A stretch of 64,000 nt of DNA, taken from the NCBI GenBank assembly GCA_951406725.2, contig OX597815.1, positions 205,096,001 through 205,160,000 on the forward strand, given 5' to 3'. This document shows, one piece after another, positions 63,853 to 64,000 of the stretch. This stretch comes from Octopus vulgaris. Taxonomy: Eukaryota. The notes under the pieces are model-generated. The model was not told the DNA's origin, made no database searches, and worked only from the letters and a program-made list of their open reading frames with translations. Numbering within the stretch: the stretch's first letter is position 1; each line of letters begins with the position of its first letter. Position numbers and translations under genes: made by a program.

Positions 63853-64000
63853 AAAATGTGTGTTTGTGTGTATGTGTACCATTTTATACTATTTACACAA
63901 GCCGAGGTTAGACAATAGTATCATCTGTCCATTGCCATGGCATAAATTAGACATAGGATTAGTTTTTGATCTGTTTATAAATGCTTTTCGAGAACCACAC

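Overview
AT-rich eukaryotic DNA dominated by microsatellites and mobile elements. The repeat families suggest a coleoid cephalopod, most likely Octopus; this is an inference from the SINE types, not a database match. I can recognise no host protein-coding gene, and nearly all ORFs in the supplied track are read-throughs of microsatellites or SINEs. Recognisable content: three abundant tRNA-derived SINE families (called A, B and C here), decayed LINE remnants (Penelope GIY-YIG, CR1, RTE, HERO), decayed DNA-transposon remnants (Tigger/pogo, hAT-Charlie), several hAT MITEs with 8-bp target-site duplications (TSDs), and many fold-back palindromes. The main signal is a set of about eight minimal type I hammerhead-ribozyme (HHR) motifs in short, often (TA)n-embedded or palindromic Penelope/retrozyme-like elements. 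Most of the well-preserved ones have non-canonical cores: a compensatory U3-A8 swap at 7310-7351 and 43381-43417, and U4C at 9234, 17367 and 53608. Other points are a recurrent GGTAT insertion site that builds SINE-B tandem arrays, modular SINE-C tails, two CR1 stubs with an identical 5' end, and a 178-bp-arm fold-back near 63.2 kb. Repeat boundaries were read by eye and may be off by a few bases.
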